Source: Pelagomonas calceolata
Lineage: Eukaryota
Assembly: GCA_918797485.1 (NCBI GenBank)
Contig: CAKKNE010000006.1
Location: 496,001 to 560,000 of the forward strand
Direction: 5' to 3'
Length of the DNA: 64,000 nt
Shown: one piece after another, positions 42,188-51,732 of the stretch
How the letters are laid out: every line of letters begins with the position of its first letter
Position numbering within the stretch: position 1 is the stretch's first letter
Notes under the pieces: model-generated
Seen by the model: the letters and a program-made list of their open reading frames with translations, nothing else
What the model was told of the DNA's origin: nothing
The model's database searches: none
Position numbers and translations under genes: made by a program

Positions 42188-43354
42188 TTACGCAAACTCC
42201 GACGGATGTTCCAGCCTGTTCTGGAGGATCTTTCGCGCCAACGCCAGGCCCTGCTCGTAGCCCAGTGTCTGCGGGTGTTGGTTTCCAAACACCCGTCTCG
42301 CGGTGCGACAGATATCCTCCATGGCCTCAACGTGTGCACGCACGGCGTCCGTGCTCTTGTCGACGCGGAGAGCGTGCGCATGGGCCCACCTGAGGCGGAT
42401 CGTGTGTTCGTGCTCAGGCCCGAGAACACACTGAGCCGTGACCAGAAGCTCATATTCGCGCAAGAAAGCGTCCAACTCGTCGATACGTTGCACCCTAACC
42501 ATATCAATCGTGAGATTGGCACCTGCTAGAAGCGTGTCAGGGTTGGCGACTCCACCTACTTGTTTGAGTTGATCGAAAATGCCGCGGCGCGCCACTAGGG
42601 CCTCGGAGGTTCTGCCGAGCTCACTTAAGCAGCCCGCGATATTGCCTTTCAACGTGATAATGTTTCCGGTGTCCCACGGATAATGTTTGAGCCGCACGGC
42701 CAAGGCTACCTCGTACACCTTAAGCGCCATCTTGGCGGATTCAGGGTCTATCCCGCCGCGTTCCCCTCCAGTCATAAACAAGGCGTTGCCGAGAACCATC
42801 AGCGCCTCCACCCGACGCGTGCTGGTCTCCAACGGCCGGCCCGCGTACGTCTTCCAGCACGCCCAGCCTAGCGCGCACCCCGCTTTGCCGTGGTACCATT
42901 GCTCGCACTGATTGCACGCGTACCACCGCATCCACCTCTCATCCAACGCCTTGTCACCCAATTTGTTCTCCTCGACCTCCGCGACCAAAATCTTGGCCTG
43001 CTCCGCCAGACATGACACGTGCACGAAGCCCGCCGTCCCGCGGCACGCGCAACCGCGCACGAGTCCTTCCTTCGTTTTCCAGTGGAGGGCCTCGGTGCAG
43101 ATGTAGCACGTCTGGCCCTTCGTGGCGTCCGCGCATTTCTCGACCGCGGCCACGACGGCCTCCTTGTAGTTATTGTCAGCGTAAATTTCTTCCGGGCCGC
43201 CGCGACGCTTGATCACCGGACACAGTTCCTTGTGGCCGCCTTTCCAGTGCGTTTTTTGGCAGTCCCGTCCGCAGTAGCGAGTCTTACACACGCCGCAGCG
43301 CGGTGCCGTCAACGGGATCTGTACATTACACGAGGCACACTGCGTGCGAAGCAT
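42188..43354 (-). CDS. zf-MYND + RINGv-like + TPR protein
   Basis: CASC...CGVC...YCGRDCQKTHW...HKELC (MYND); CYIC...GCACRG...HVSCL (RINGv-like); TPR-like C-terminus ARRVFGNQHP. Confidence 0.85.
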   Translation of the reverse strand: MLRTQCASCNVQIPLTAPRCGVCKTRYCGRDCQKTHWKGGHKELCPVIKRRGGPEEIYADNNYKEAVVAAVEKCADATKGQTCYICTEALHWKTKEGLVRGCACRGTAGFVHVSCLAEQAKILVAEVEENKLGDKALDERWMRWYACNQCEQWYHGKAGCALGWACWKTYAGRPLETSTRRVEALMVLGNALFMTGGERGGIDPESAKMALKVYEVALAVRLKHYPWDTGNIITLKGNIAGCLSELGRTSEALVARRGIFDQLKQVGGVANPDTLLAGANLTIDMVRVQRIDELDAFLREYELLVTAQCVLGPEHEHTIRLRWAHAHALRVDKSTDAVRAHVEAMEDICRTARRVFGNQHPQTLGYEQGLALARKILQNRLEHPSEFA

Positions 43355-43417
43355 AATTGATGATGTTTGTTATCCCGAAAACCGGCTGTACGCGTCGTTT
43401 TGGCAAGGACCATCACA

Positions 43418-43441
43418 GCTAGCGTCCCGTAAGGCACTAGC
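43418..43441 (+). promoter_or_regulatory. Recurrent promoter-side motif GCTAGCG-N4-5-GTAAGRCACTAGC (representative copy)
   Basis: Related copies at 208-232, 10233-10256(-), 15307-15329, 34173-34192, 37167-37189(-), 39487-39510, 48548-48569 and 59942-59963, all upstream of gene starts. Confidence 0.65.
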
Positions 43442-43635
43442 AACACCGGCAAACAAGCGCGCGGCACAATTGAGACGCTGCGCGAGCACGCTGCTACCCG
43501 CATTTATTAGAATCCCGCCCTGCGCAACCCGCAGTTGCCTCATAATCAACCTCACGCGGCCTTGCGCCCCCCGCAAGCCCCGCGCCAGACCCACAGCCCC
43601 AGCGGTCACAGTCGCTGCGCGACCGCCAGACTGCC

Positions 43636-44388
43636 ATGGCCGCCCAGCTCTTCAGTGAACTAGAACAGACCTTCGCCCGCAAGGACGACGCCGCCGTCGA
43701 GGACGTCGTCACTCGGATCAAAGTGGCTCTGCTCGACGTCGACCCCTCTCCGCAGTCCGCTTTACTAGGCCAAAGGTCTCTGGAGTACGCCGTGCTAGCG
43801 GCGGCGCGGCGGTCGGACAAAGCGGCCTTCCAGAGGCACGTCGCGCAATTGAAAGCTTCTTACTCCGACCCGGCATTGGCATCGCAATCCCAAAAACGCA
43901 GAACCATTCTAGGCTTGCACTTATTGTTCTTAGTGACGGAACATAGACTAGCCGAGTTCCACTCGGAGCTCGAGTTGCTCAGCAAGGACGATCTGGAGTG
44001 CGCGGAGGTTCAGTTTTCGGCTCAGCTCGAGCGAGCTTTAGTTGTCGGAACTTATGAAAGAGTACTAGCAGCGAGAAACTCGACGCCGAACAACGAGGCC
44101 TACGGGCCCTTCATGGAGCTCTTGGTGGACACCGTGAGACAAACTATTGCTGATTGCGCGAGTGCTGCTTATGAATCTCTAGACGTGGGCTCCTTCCGGC
44201 AGATGCTCATGCTGGCGTCTGATAGCGAATTGCAAGAGTTTGCTGCGTCGAGTCATCCGGAGTGGGTCCTGGACAGCGGAAGAGTCGTCTTCGCCGCTCC
44301 AGTGACCGCGAAAAGTGAGCGCGTGCCGGCGACGCGGCTGATCAAGGAGAACCTCGCCTACGCGACGGAGCTGGAGCGCATCGTGTAG
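43636..44388 (+). CDS. RPN12: 26S proteasome regulatory subunit Rpn12 (PSMD8)
   Basis: FQRHVAQLK, LGLHLLFLV...RLAEFHSELE, DTVR...IADC, C-terminal YATELERIV. Confidence 0.93.
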   Translation: MAAQLFSELEQTFARKDDAAVEDVVTRIKVALLDVDPSPQSALLGQRSLEYAVLAAARRSDKAAFQRHVAQLKASYSDPALASQSQKRRTILGLHLLFLVTEHRLAEFHSELELLSKDDLECAEVQFSAQLERALVVGTYERVLAARNSTPNNEAYGPFMELLVDTVRQTIADCASAAYESLDVGSFRQMLMLASDSELQEFAASSHPEWVLDSGRVVFAAPVTAKSERVPATRLIKENLAYATELERIV

Positions 44389-44530
44389 GAGCCTAACTTT
44401 ACGTTATTTCTAGTCGAATCTTCTAGTCGCGGCGCCTCCCTCGGCGTCCAGGCTCTAGCTCTCTCCGCTCCAGAGTTGCTCTGCCCAGTTGGCTTTGTCT
44501 CGCGTAGCTGGCGCTCGTGCAAGAGCTGCA

Positions 44531-45373
44531 ATGCGAGTTCTATTGCTCGCCGCAGCTTTACGACATGCGAGTCGCACAGCTCACGGTCTTAGCCTTGCCA
44601 CGCAGCACCGTCGGCGCGTGTTGCGTGGAGTGCTACGGCAGGAGCTGGAGGGCCAGCACCGCGCGCGGGTAAATTTGGAGGCGGAACTCGAGCGACGACG
44701 CGACGTACAGGACGTCGACGACGGCGAGGCACATAAAAAGGAGTACGCGAAAGCCGTCAAGCGCGCCGCGGCCGTGCCGCGGCGACTCGTCGAAGTAACG
44801 CGCCGCGGCGAGCAACTCGAGGCCTTGCTCGAGCGATCGCGCGGCGCGACAGAGGACGAGGTCAATAATCTATATCAAGAGGTCGCGGACGAATTAGCTG
44901 ACAAGCTCGAGACGTTCGACGTGGACGCGGCCGCCCGCGACCAATTTGGCCGCCCGGCGGGCTTCGATGGACTCGTAATCGCGAGCCCGCGTGGCGTTCC
45001 CATTTTGGTCGCGCGCCGCTCCTTCAGCGACGAGCTCCTGCGTCGCGTCGGCCGCGGGACGGACCTCTGGTTCCAGTGCGTCGAGGGCCGCGGCGGGTCG
45101 CGCGTGCTCCTGCGGACGTCCTGCGTGCCGTCGCTCTCGAAGAGCCCGCGCGAGTGCATGGAATTCGCCGCGGACCTGGCCGCATACTTCGGCGGCGGGG
45201 CGCGGGGCGACGACGCCGTCGAGGTCATGTATACGGACTCGCGGCGAGTCGCCAAGCGCGGGAGCCGTGTCGGCCAGCTCAAGCCGAAGAAGCGTCTGGG
45301 CACGGTCTGGGCGCGGCCGGGCCGCGTCGCCGACGCCGCGCGGGAGGCGCAGGAGGACCAGGGATTTCTGTGA
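44531..45373 (+). CDS. NFACT-R (DUF814) RNA-binding domain protein, probably organelle-targeted
   Basis: GVPILV...DLWF...GSRVLLR...AADLAAYF...VMYT; N-terminal signal-like peptide from ATG 44531. Confidence 0.7.
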   Translation: MRVLLLAAALRHASRTAHGLSLATQHRRRVLRGVLRQELEGQHRARVNLEAELERRRDVQDVDDGEAHKKEYAKAVKRAAAVPRRLVEVTRRGEQLEALLERSRGATEDEVNNLYQEVADELADKLETFDVDAAARDQFGRPAGFDGLVIASPRGVPILVARRSFSDELLRRVGRGTDLWFQCVEGRGGSRVLLRTSCVPSLSKSPRECMEFAADLAAYFGGGARGDDAVEVMYTDSRRVAKRGSRVGQLKPKKRLGTVWARPGRVADAAREAQEDQGFL

Positions 45374-45398
45374 TCTGTTAGTAACGACATAGTGTATT

Positions 45399-46091
45399 TT
45401 ATTTGTGTTTTGAGCCGCACCCCCAGCAGCGCGCGCGGCCGTTCTTGTGCGGGAAGAACGAGCAGATCTTGCGCTGAGCGCGATCGCTTCGGCGGCGGGG
45501 GATGTCGTAGGTCGTCCGGAGGTAACGAACGCCCTCCGCATAACCAAACGCAGAAATTTTCTCCCAGACCGGGTCAAGTTCCCGGTCAAGAGCTTCCTCA
45601 AGTTCACGTCCTCGCAGTCCCGCTTCGAAGAACCTTTTTTCGACTAAATCGACAAGCCTACAAAACTCGGTCTCTTCCTCGACGCACTTGCCGCAACCAC
45701 AGTAGTCATGAACGTACTCGCCGCCCTCCATCCGCAGCTGTTGAAACGGAGCGATTTGCGCTCGCACACATATCTCGATCTCGTTGAAGTGGAACTGCAG
45801 ATAGCACGCGCTGGGGTGCTCGCTTTTCGGGCCGCCGAACTGAAGCGTGACGGTGGCGTCCCCGTGGGTCGTGAGGCTGTTGAGGTCGACGCCCGCGACC
45901 GTGTTCACGGTCGCCTGGCAGAGCCAGCAGGGCCCGTGCGGAATGACGGCGCCCGCGTGCCCTTGGCTATCGTATTGTAAAATCGGAGCCTGCAAAGAAA
46001 ACGTAAAGCAGACGTCGTGCGTGTCCGCGGTCTGCAGGAAGCTGACGGTGTGAGCAATCAGCTCCGGTGGTAAATTTGAAACTGAGGCCAT
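45399..46091 (-). CDS. Hypothetical protein with an F-box-like N-terminus and Cys motifs
   Basis: ATG at 46091, NLPPELIAHTVSFL; CxxC motifs. Confidence 0.5.
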   Translation of the reverse strand: MASVSNLPPELIAHTVSFLQTADTHDVCFTFSLQAPILQYDSQGHAGAVIPHGPCWLCQATVNTVAGVDLNSLTTHGDATVTLQFGGPKSEHPSACYLQFHFNEIEICVRAQIAPFQQLRMEGGEYVHDYCGCGKCVEEETEFCRLVDLVEKRFFEAGLRGRELEEALDRELDPVWEKISAFGYAEGVRYLRTTYDIPRRRSDRAQRKICSFFPHKNGRARCWGCGSKHK

Positions 46092-46382
46092 AGCGTTCCC
46101 TGAGATGTGCAGTACTTGCCGTAGATGGCAAAACCGCCGCAGCCAAGAGGCGCTTTTTTCAAGTTTTTTGGATTGATACCGTAAGGACACGCGCGTTAAG
46201 CTAAGACGCACGCGTCGATATATAATGGACAGCGCGGTTGCGGGAGGCCAATGGCTCGTCTAACACGGCGCAAAACTGCGCGCCGGTGCGCCGCGCATTT
46301 GCTGGAAAAACCCGTGCCAGTCCTCGACCGCCGGGCACAGGAACGCATCGTCTAGGAGCGAGCCAATAACGACATAATGATA

Positions 46383-48347
46383 TTACTCGCGTCGTCGGCC
46401 CCACCACGACGACACGCTACACGAGTATTCGAGAGCTTCGACATAATGCCACCAGCCCGGCGGGATGTACAGGACCTCGCCCTTCAATAATATGAGATCG
46501 ACATAGGACGCACTTTCAAAGAGCGGGAACTTCCGGAGCGCCTCCCTTCTTTTATAAGGATTGGTCGGAGAAAACGCGTCCAGATCAATTTGCGACGACA
46601 CGTCCCGGTGGACACCGTCTGAGACAGGATATAATGAAGACGACTCCGACGGCGCATATAGTCGAACATATTTCGCGCCGACGACTTGCGCGAGCAGGTT
46701 GTGCGACTTATCTCGATGCAAGGGACTAATGGTACCGTAGCCGATCCACGCGTTCTGAATCACGTCTCCCTCGCCACACCCGCAGTAGTCATGACTCGCT
46801 ATATCTCTCCTCAATCTAGGTATTTGATCTAATAAAGCGTGCTGCGCGAGATAAGCCTGGGCATCGCCCCTTTGCACGTATTCCCGCAGGAACGAAGAGA
46901 GGGGCATGAGCTGCTCGTTCATTTTCTCATCCAAGTAGTGTCGTCCCAACTCGACGGGTACCAAACGTCTCCCAGCCACATGGTCCAAATAGCCCAGGTC
47001 CGACCACTTTTGTAGCGCCGGCCAGTGCTCTATGCAGCCCTCGAGTACCGCTGGTGTTGACACGTCAAAGCATTCATTCTTGAATGTGGAGATTGATGGT
47101 GCTGACAATCGCAAGATATCCTGCGAGGAGGAGACACTACGAGCACAGGAATTGGGCATCGGACTTTTCCACGGCGGTCCTTCATATGTTGAAGGTTCGG
47201 GGTCCAGCGCCTCGATGAGTTCTAGTAGTTGTGATCTGTGTCTTGTATCACCGAGCATGAGCCCTAGGTCCGCCTGTCGGACCGCTTCCTCAACATCATC
47301 TAGTAAAGACGCTCTATAATAAGCAGCCACGGCGTAAGCTCTTCTCCACTCGATAGGAGCGTCGCGCCAGTGCCGTGAAGGGTCGTGCAGCACCTGGTAG
47401 GCCTTGTCGCACACCAAACGCCAGGCCTCCTCATTCCCTTGATTGGCGGCGGCCGCCTCGAGCAGCGACGCGTCGGGCGCGTCGACGGCGGCCTGGGTGG
47501 TGATGGCGCGGAGCTCCCTCAGACAGTCGTCGACGTCCGGGCCTCGTAAGTTGAGGCGGGGCCGCTTGCGCGGCGGCGGGGCCGTCGTCGGCGCGGCCGG
47601 CGGCTCCGGTTTGGGCGCGGGCGCCGCGACCGGCGCCGGCGCCGCGCCGGCCGGCGGCCCGCGCCCGACGAGCTCGGGGAAGAGCACCGCGCGCTGGACG
47701 GGCAGCTCGACGGGCGCCGGCGGAGGACACGGGATCGCCAGCCGCAGGGGCCCCGCGCCGGCCACGATGGGTGCCGAAGAGTACTGCGCGTAGTAGGCGC
47801 GCCTCGCAGATGACGACGCGTTGGCACCAGACGAATGAACGCAGTCGTCCGCCAATAATACGACGTCGCCGGCGCCGCAGCGGACGGGCACCGCCTCACC
47901 CGCATGTTTGACGACGAGGCAGCCGTTCGCCTCATCACAATCGTCCAACGCACACCAGCAGCTCACGTAGCGCGGGCACGTCTCCGGACTCCAGCCCGGG
48001 ATCTGGAGCTCGGCGTCGGCGTGCCAGCGGAATTCGACGGACGTACAAGGTGGCTTGACGACGTAGTGCTCGTTGAAGAGCACTACCTGTGATGAACCGA
48101 GGTGCTGCTCCGCGATTCGAGGCAGCACTTCGAAGAGCACCCTTTCTGCTGGAGGGCGTTTCCGTGCGGCGACGTAGGCCGCTCTATCAATGCGCCAATC
48201 ACCTTCCGGTTGATCTTTCAAAGGTTCACACACACACCCATTCTCGAGCGAGGGCGGAGCTTCCGCCGCCAACGCGTCGGCCTCGCCGCGCAAGGCCTCG
48301 AGCTGCGCTTCAGTAAGCGCCTCTCTGATAACTGCGAAGGGCCTCAT
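46383..48347 (-). CDS. Tandem 2OG-Fe dioxygenase: PhyH domain plus JMJD5/KDM8-like JmjC domain
   Basis: PhyH: FRWHAD, SCWCALDD...NGCL, HSSGAN; JmjC: AYLAQH...QIPRLRRDI, SPLHRD, YIPPGWWHYV. Confidence 0.85.
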   Translation of the reverse strand: MRPFAVIREALTEAQLEALRGEADALAAEAPPSLENGCVCEPLKDQPEGDWRIDRAAYVAARKRPPAERVLFEVLPRIAEQHLGSSQVVLFNEHYVVKPPCTSVEFRWHADAELQIPGWSPETCPRYVSCWCALDDCDEANGCLVVKHAGEAVPVRCGAGDVVLLADDCVHSSGANASSSARRAYYAQYSSAPIVAGAGPLRLAIPCPPPAPVELPVQRAVLFPELVGRGPPAGAAPAPVAAPAPKPEPPAAPTTAPPPRKRPRLNLRGPDVDDCLRELRAITTQAAVDAPDASLLEAAAANQGNEEAWRLVCDKAYQVLHDPSRHWRDAPIEWRRAYAVAAYYRASLLDDVEEAVRQADLGLMLGDTRHRSQLLELIEALDPEPSTYEGPPWKSPMPNSCARSVSSSQDILRLSAPSISTFKNECFDVSTPAVLEGCIEHWPALQKWSDLGYLDHVAGRRLVPVELGRHYLDEKMNEQLMPLSSFLREYVQRGDAQAYLAQHALLDQIPRLRRDIASHDYCGCGEGDVIQNAWIGYGTISPLHRDKSHNLLAQVVGAKYVRLYAPSESSSLYPVSDGVHRDVSSQIDLDAFSPTNPYKRREALRKFPLFESASYVDLILLKGEVLYIPPGWWHYVEALEYSCSVSSWWGRRRE

Positions 48348-48499
48348 TTGTTCTTCTGGAGCAGCCAGGGGTCGCCGCTGCCTCGCGCCATCGGCTTCAT
48401 AGCTTGTTTCACCCACCAGGCCAAGGCTACCGCGTGGCCGAGGATCAATGCGACGAGGCCGAGGCCTAATAGAGGATGGTCTGTGAAGAAGAAGGTCAT
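48344..48499 (-). CDS. 51-aa single-TM small ORF whose stop overlaps the PhyH-JmjC start (ATGA)
   Basis: MTFFFTDHPLLGLGLVALILGHAVALAWWVKQ...; minus strand reads AAATGAG, with TGA at 48346-48344 and ATG at 48347-48345. Confidence 0.45.
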   Translation of the reverse strand: MTFFFTDHPLLGLGLVALILGHAVALAWWVKQAMKPMARGSGDPWLLQKNK

Positions 48500-48658
48500 T
48501 CGTAGGCCAGCTTCCGCGGCGCGCGCACCAATATAATCCTGGAGCTTGCTAGCGTATCGACACACTAGCTCTGGTCCACTTTTGCATTGTGCCGCCTCCA
48601 TTTGCGTGCGGGCTGCCTCTAGATCGTCAGAACTACGAGACAAGCCTGGCCACGTGCG

Positions 48659-49372
48659 ATGTCGGTGCTCGACGACATGGCGGATCATTTGATGGGCCTC
48701 GCACCGCCGGAGTCGCAAGGCAGGGCCTCTGGCGTGCTTATGGATCATCAAGACTTGCTAAAACATGTCCTGGGCATGTGCGGCGAAAGTGAACGAAGCA
48801 CGGAGGCGCTGTTGCGGGACCTCGCACAAGATGGACTGCAAGGCTGTACCAGTGCCTCTGGTTTTGTCGCCACCGAGGCCACAGGCCCGACGCATCGACC
48901 GCGGCGCGACGACGGCCCCGTGGGCACGTTCGAGGTCGACTTCTCGGGCACGCTCTACGAAGGCATCAATTACGTGACGGCCCCGGGCTCGTCGACGCGG
49001 CTCGCGCGAGGCGTGATGGCCCGGCACGGGATGGTCTTCGAGGGAGAGGTCGATCCGGCCATCCCGGGCTACGTACGAGTAGCGCGCGAATCCACCGGTT
49101 TGTACACCGGGCTATTTGTGCCGACGTCGTTCGAGGGCCGCCTGTGCGTGAAAAAAGTCGCCGATAGTACTCCTCTCTGTCCGGCGCGGCCGCGGACGCC
49201 TCCCGAGCAAGGCGAGTTGCCTTCTGACGTGAAGGGCGCCTGGGACCGCTACTTCGCGGAGTCCGGCGTCTCCGTCGAGGAGGTCGTGGCCGAGGCCTGG
49301 GCCGCCGACGGCGACGCGTCCTCGACGACGTCCTCGTCGTCCTGCGGCAGCGAGGGCTCCCTGCTAGAGTAA
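48659..49372 (+). CDS. Hypothetical protein
   Basis: 237-aa ATG-initiated ORF with natural composition. Confidence 0.5.
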   Translation: MSVLDDMADHLMGLAPPESQGRASGVLMDHQDLLKHVLGMCGESERSTEALLRDLAQDGLQGCTSASGFVATEATGPTHRPRRDDGPVGTFEVDFSGTLYEGINYVTAPGSSTRLARGVMARHGMVFEGEVDPAIPGYVRVARESTGLYTGLFVPTSFEGRLCVKKVADSTPLCPARPRTPPEQGELPSDVKGAWDRYFAESGVSVEEVVAEAWAADGDASSTTSSSSCGSEGSLLE

Positions 49373-49481
49373 GAAGGCGTAAACCCACTAGAGAACGTTG
49401 AGAGTTGCGCGCCGCGCCGCTTGACGAAGCGAGCGCTGCGCCGACGCCAGGGCTGCCCCGAGGCCGCCTGCGGCGCGCAGG

Positions 49482-50768
49482 ATGGCGGACGTAGACGCGC
49501 GGCCCTGGCACGAGGCCAAGGGCCTGGAACTGGGCAACTGGTTGCGGAACAAGTGCCCGCAGCGCCAGTTCGGCGGCCAGGCGAAGGTCGATGGGCTCGT
49601 GCGCACATTAACCGCCGCGCACGAACGCCTCGAGAAGGCTGAAACAGATGAAGAGCGGTGTCTAGCCTGGGCCCACGTCGCGCTGGACCTCGAGGCGTCC
49701 TGTAAAAGGGCCGGCGACTTCCACCAGCTCTGGGTCGCCAACTTGTTGCAGGGCACGCCGTCGGAACCGACGACCGAGGCTGACAAAGAGGCTCAGACTG
49801 AGACGAAGGAGACGACTGAGACGGAGGCACAGTGCGAGATCATCGAGCCGGCCCCGACGCCCAAGTCGACGTCGACGGTACTACCACCGCTGGACCTCGC
49901 GGCCGCCTCCGCCGTCTCCGTCGAGCCGTTACTCTCGAAGACCGAGCGCCCGAAGACCCCGAAGATCGACCCGCCCGGGTCCCAGAGCGCCCGGGCGTCG
50001 ACGCCGAGCCCGGAGGAGAAGCCGAATCTGCTCAAGATGTCCATGCTCGAGCGCCAGGAGTACGTCCGCAAGCAGAAGCAGGCGAAGCTCGAGAAGGCTC
50101 GGCAGGCGAAAGCTGACGCCGAGGTGGCGGAAATGCGGGCTCCTCGTTTAAATAAACCGCGGCGCGTCAATGCAGCTCCAGTTGTCGCTCTCGCCGCCGA
50201 GAGGCTCAAGAAGCCCCTCAAGGTGCGCGACGAGAACAAGGCCAAGGCAGCTCCCAAGCCTGTGGCCGAGAAGAAGAAAGCGCCTCCCAAAAAAAAGAAA
50301 GTTGCGGCCGCGAAGCCTGAACCCCCGAAGAAGGAAGATAAAGATGAGCAGTTCATGACCCGTTTAGCCGCGTTGCGCCACGACGCCCAGGCCAAAATCG
50401 CGCAACAGGCGGCCGAGGAGGCGGAGGCGAAGATCGCGCAACAGGCGGCCGAGCAGGCCGCCGCCGCCGTGGACCCGGCAGAGGCGGCGAGGGCTCTGAT
50501 ACGGACCGAGGTCGAGTTCGACCGGAAAGTTGATGGAAGATACTTCTATCGGTTGCGCCACGCGGACGACATCGAGGCCAAGTCGATCTACCGGAGGCGC
50601 GCGGGCAACGGCGAGGGCGTCGCCTTGTCCGTCGGGCGGGACGCGAAGAACGCGGAGCACGTCCTGCAGGTGCTTTTTGACGAAGACCTCTGGAACGCGA
50701 CGACGGCCCACGACTACCTCGTGCAGCACTACTCCGTGGAGTACTCGCGGAGACTCGAGAGTAACTAA
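49482..50768 (+). CDS. Hypothetical Lys/Pro-rich coiled-coil protein
   Basis: 428-aa ORF with natural composition; internal duplication AKIAQQAAE x2. Confidence 0.6.
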   Translation: MADVDARPWHEAKGLELGNWLRNKCPQRQFGGQAKVDGLVRTLTAAHERLEKAETDEERCLAWAHVALDLEASCKRAGDFHQLWVANLLQGTPSEPTTEADKEAQTETKETTETEAQCEIIEPAPTPKSTSTVLPPLDLAAASAVSVEPLLSKTERPKTPKIDPPGSQSARASTPSPEEKPNLLKMSMLERQEYVRKQKQAKLEKARQAKADAEVAEMRAPRLNKPRRVNAAPVVALAAERLKKPLKVRDENKAKAAPKPVAEKKKAPPKKKKVAAAKPEPPKKEDKDEQFMTRLAALRHDAQAKIAQQAAEEAEAKIAQQAAEQAAAAVDPAEAARALIRTEVEFDRKVDGRYFYRLRHADDIEAKSIYRRRAGNGEGVALSVGRDAKNAEHVLQVLFDEDLWNATTAHDYLVQHYSVEYSRRLESN

Positions 50769-50769
50769 C

Positions 50770-51288
50770 TTATTTCCCCCTAGAAGGCGCCGAGGCCATC
50801 GTCTCGACGCAGCCGTCGCCGTCCATGTACTCGAAGCGCCCCTCCAGGAGCTTGTTCCGGTACGCTTCTAACCAATCAGCGACAGATGATTCGAGGCGGT
50901 CGCCGCGGCCGTCGCCCATCTCGTACTCGTAGACGGCGTCGTCGCCTACCACCAATAACGCGTCGTCGATGTCCCTCGCGAACGGCACATAAGGCGCATC
51001 TACATCGGATAGCATCTTACCGATGGACTGCGGATGGAGCAATTCATAGCCCTCGAACCAAATCCCGGTACAAGCTTCCCGCCAGAGCTCCTCCAACGCT
51101 AATGGTAGATCGCGTTTTTTGCTCAACTCATCAATAACGCTTTGGTCGGCGCCCTTCGCGTCGAGGTCGGCGTGCTGCGTGAACCAGGCCACGATGTCCT
51201 TAGAGCACTGGCGCATCTCGGAGGGCGTCATCTCGCCCTTGCGTTTATTTCCCTCCTCGGCCACCTCGATTTTGCCACTCGGCGGCAT
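50770..51288 (-). CDS. SMI1/KNR4-like domain protein
   Basis: GA...IDEL...LPLALEELW...GIWF...YELL...VPFA...WLEAYRNKL pattern. Confidence 0.55.
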   Translation of the reverse strand: MPPSGKIEVAEEGNKRKGEMTPSEMRQCSKDIVAWFTQHADLDAKGADQSVIDELSKKRDLPLALEELWREACTGIWFEGYELLHPQSIGKMLSDVDAPYVPFARDIDDALLVVGDDAVYEYEMGDGRGDRLESSVADWLEAYRNKLLEGRFEYMDGDGCVETMASAPSRGK

Positions 51289-51732
51289 CGTTACTGCTGC
51301 CCTTGGCTACTGCTGTGCGTGCCAACCGTTGTGAGGTTTTGAGCGCTGCGCTGTGATGCCTTGGAAGTCACCGCTGGACCCGATTCGTATCGGTTTGTGC
51401 TGCCAAACCGATACAAATAATCGACGGGCGCTGAACCCGCACGCTAGCTACGGTACGTTCCCCATCGCCTATGCGGTCGGCGGGGACTTCTAAGAGGAGT
51501 CCTGGGACGAGTAACCGAACGACAGCGCCCTAATTGCATAAATGATGCAAAGTTCAGAAGGCAAATAAACCAACACGCACGCGCGGCACGGAGCGGCGCG
51601 GTCGCGACGGTTCTGACCGCGCACGACCCGCGCGAGACGCGCGCCGGCCGCTGCGGCACGAGCTACGTGCAATTTGAGAAGAAAAAAAGTCCCAAAATTG
51701 CTTTTGCCAGGCCACTCCAATTCCTAAGCGCG

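Noticed and set aside
50391..50453. Short tandem duplication encoding AKIAQQAAE twice (also Ala-rich repeats at about 38180-38250)
   Set aside because: Ordinary in-frame slippage in low-complexity regions
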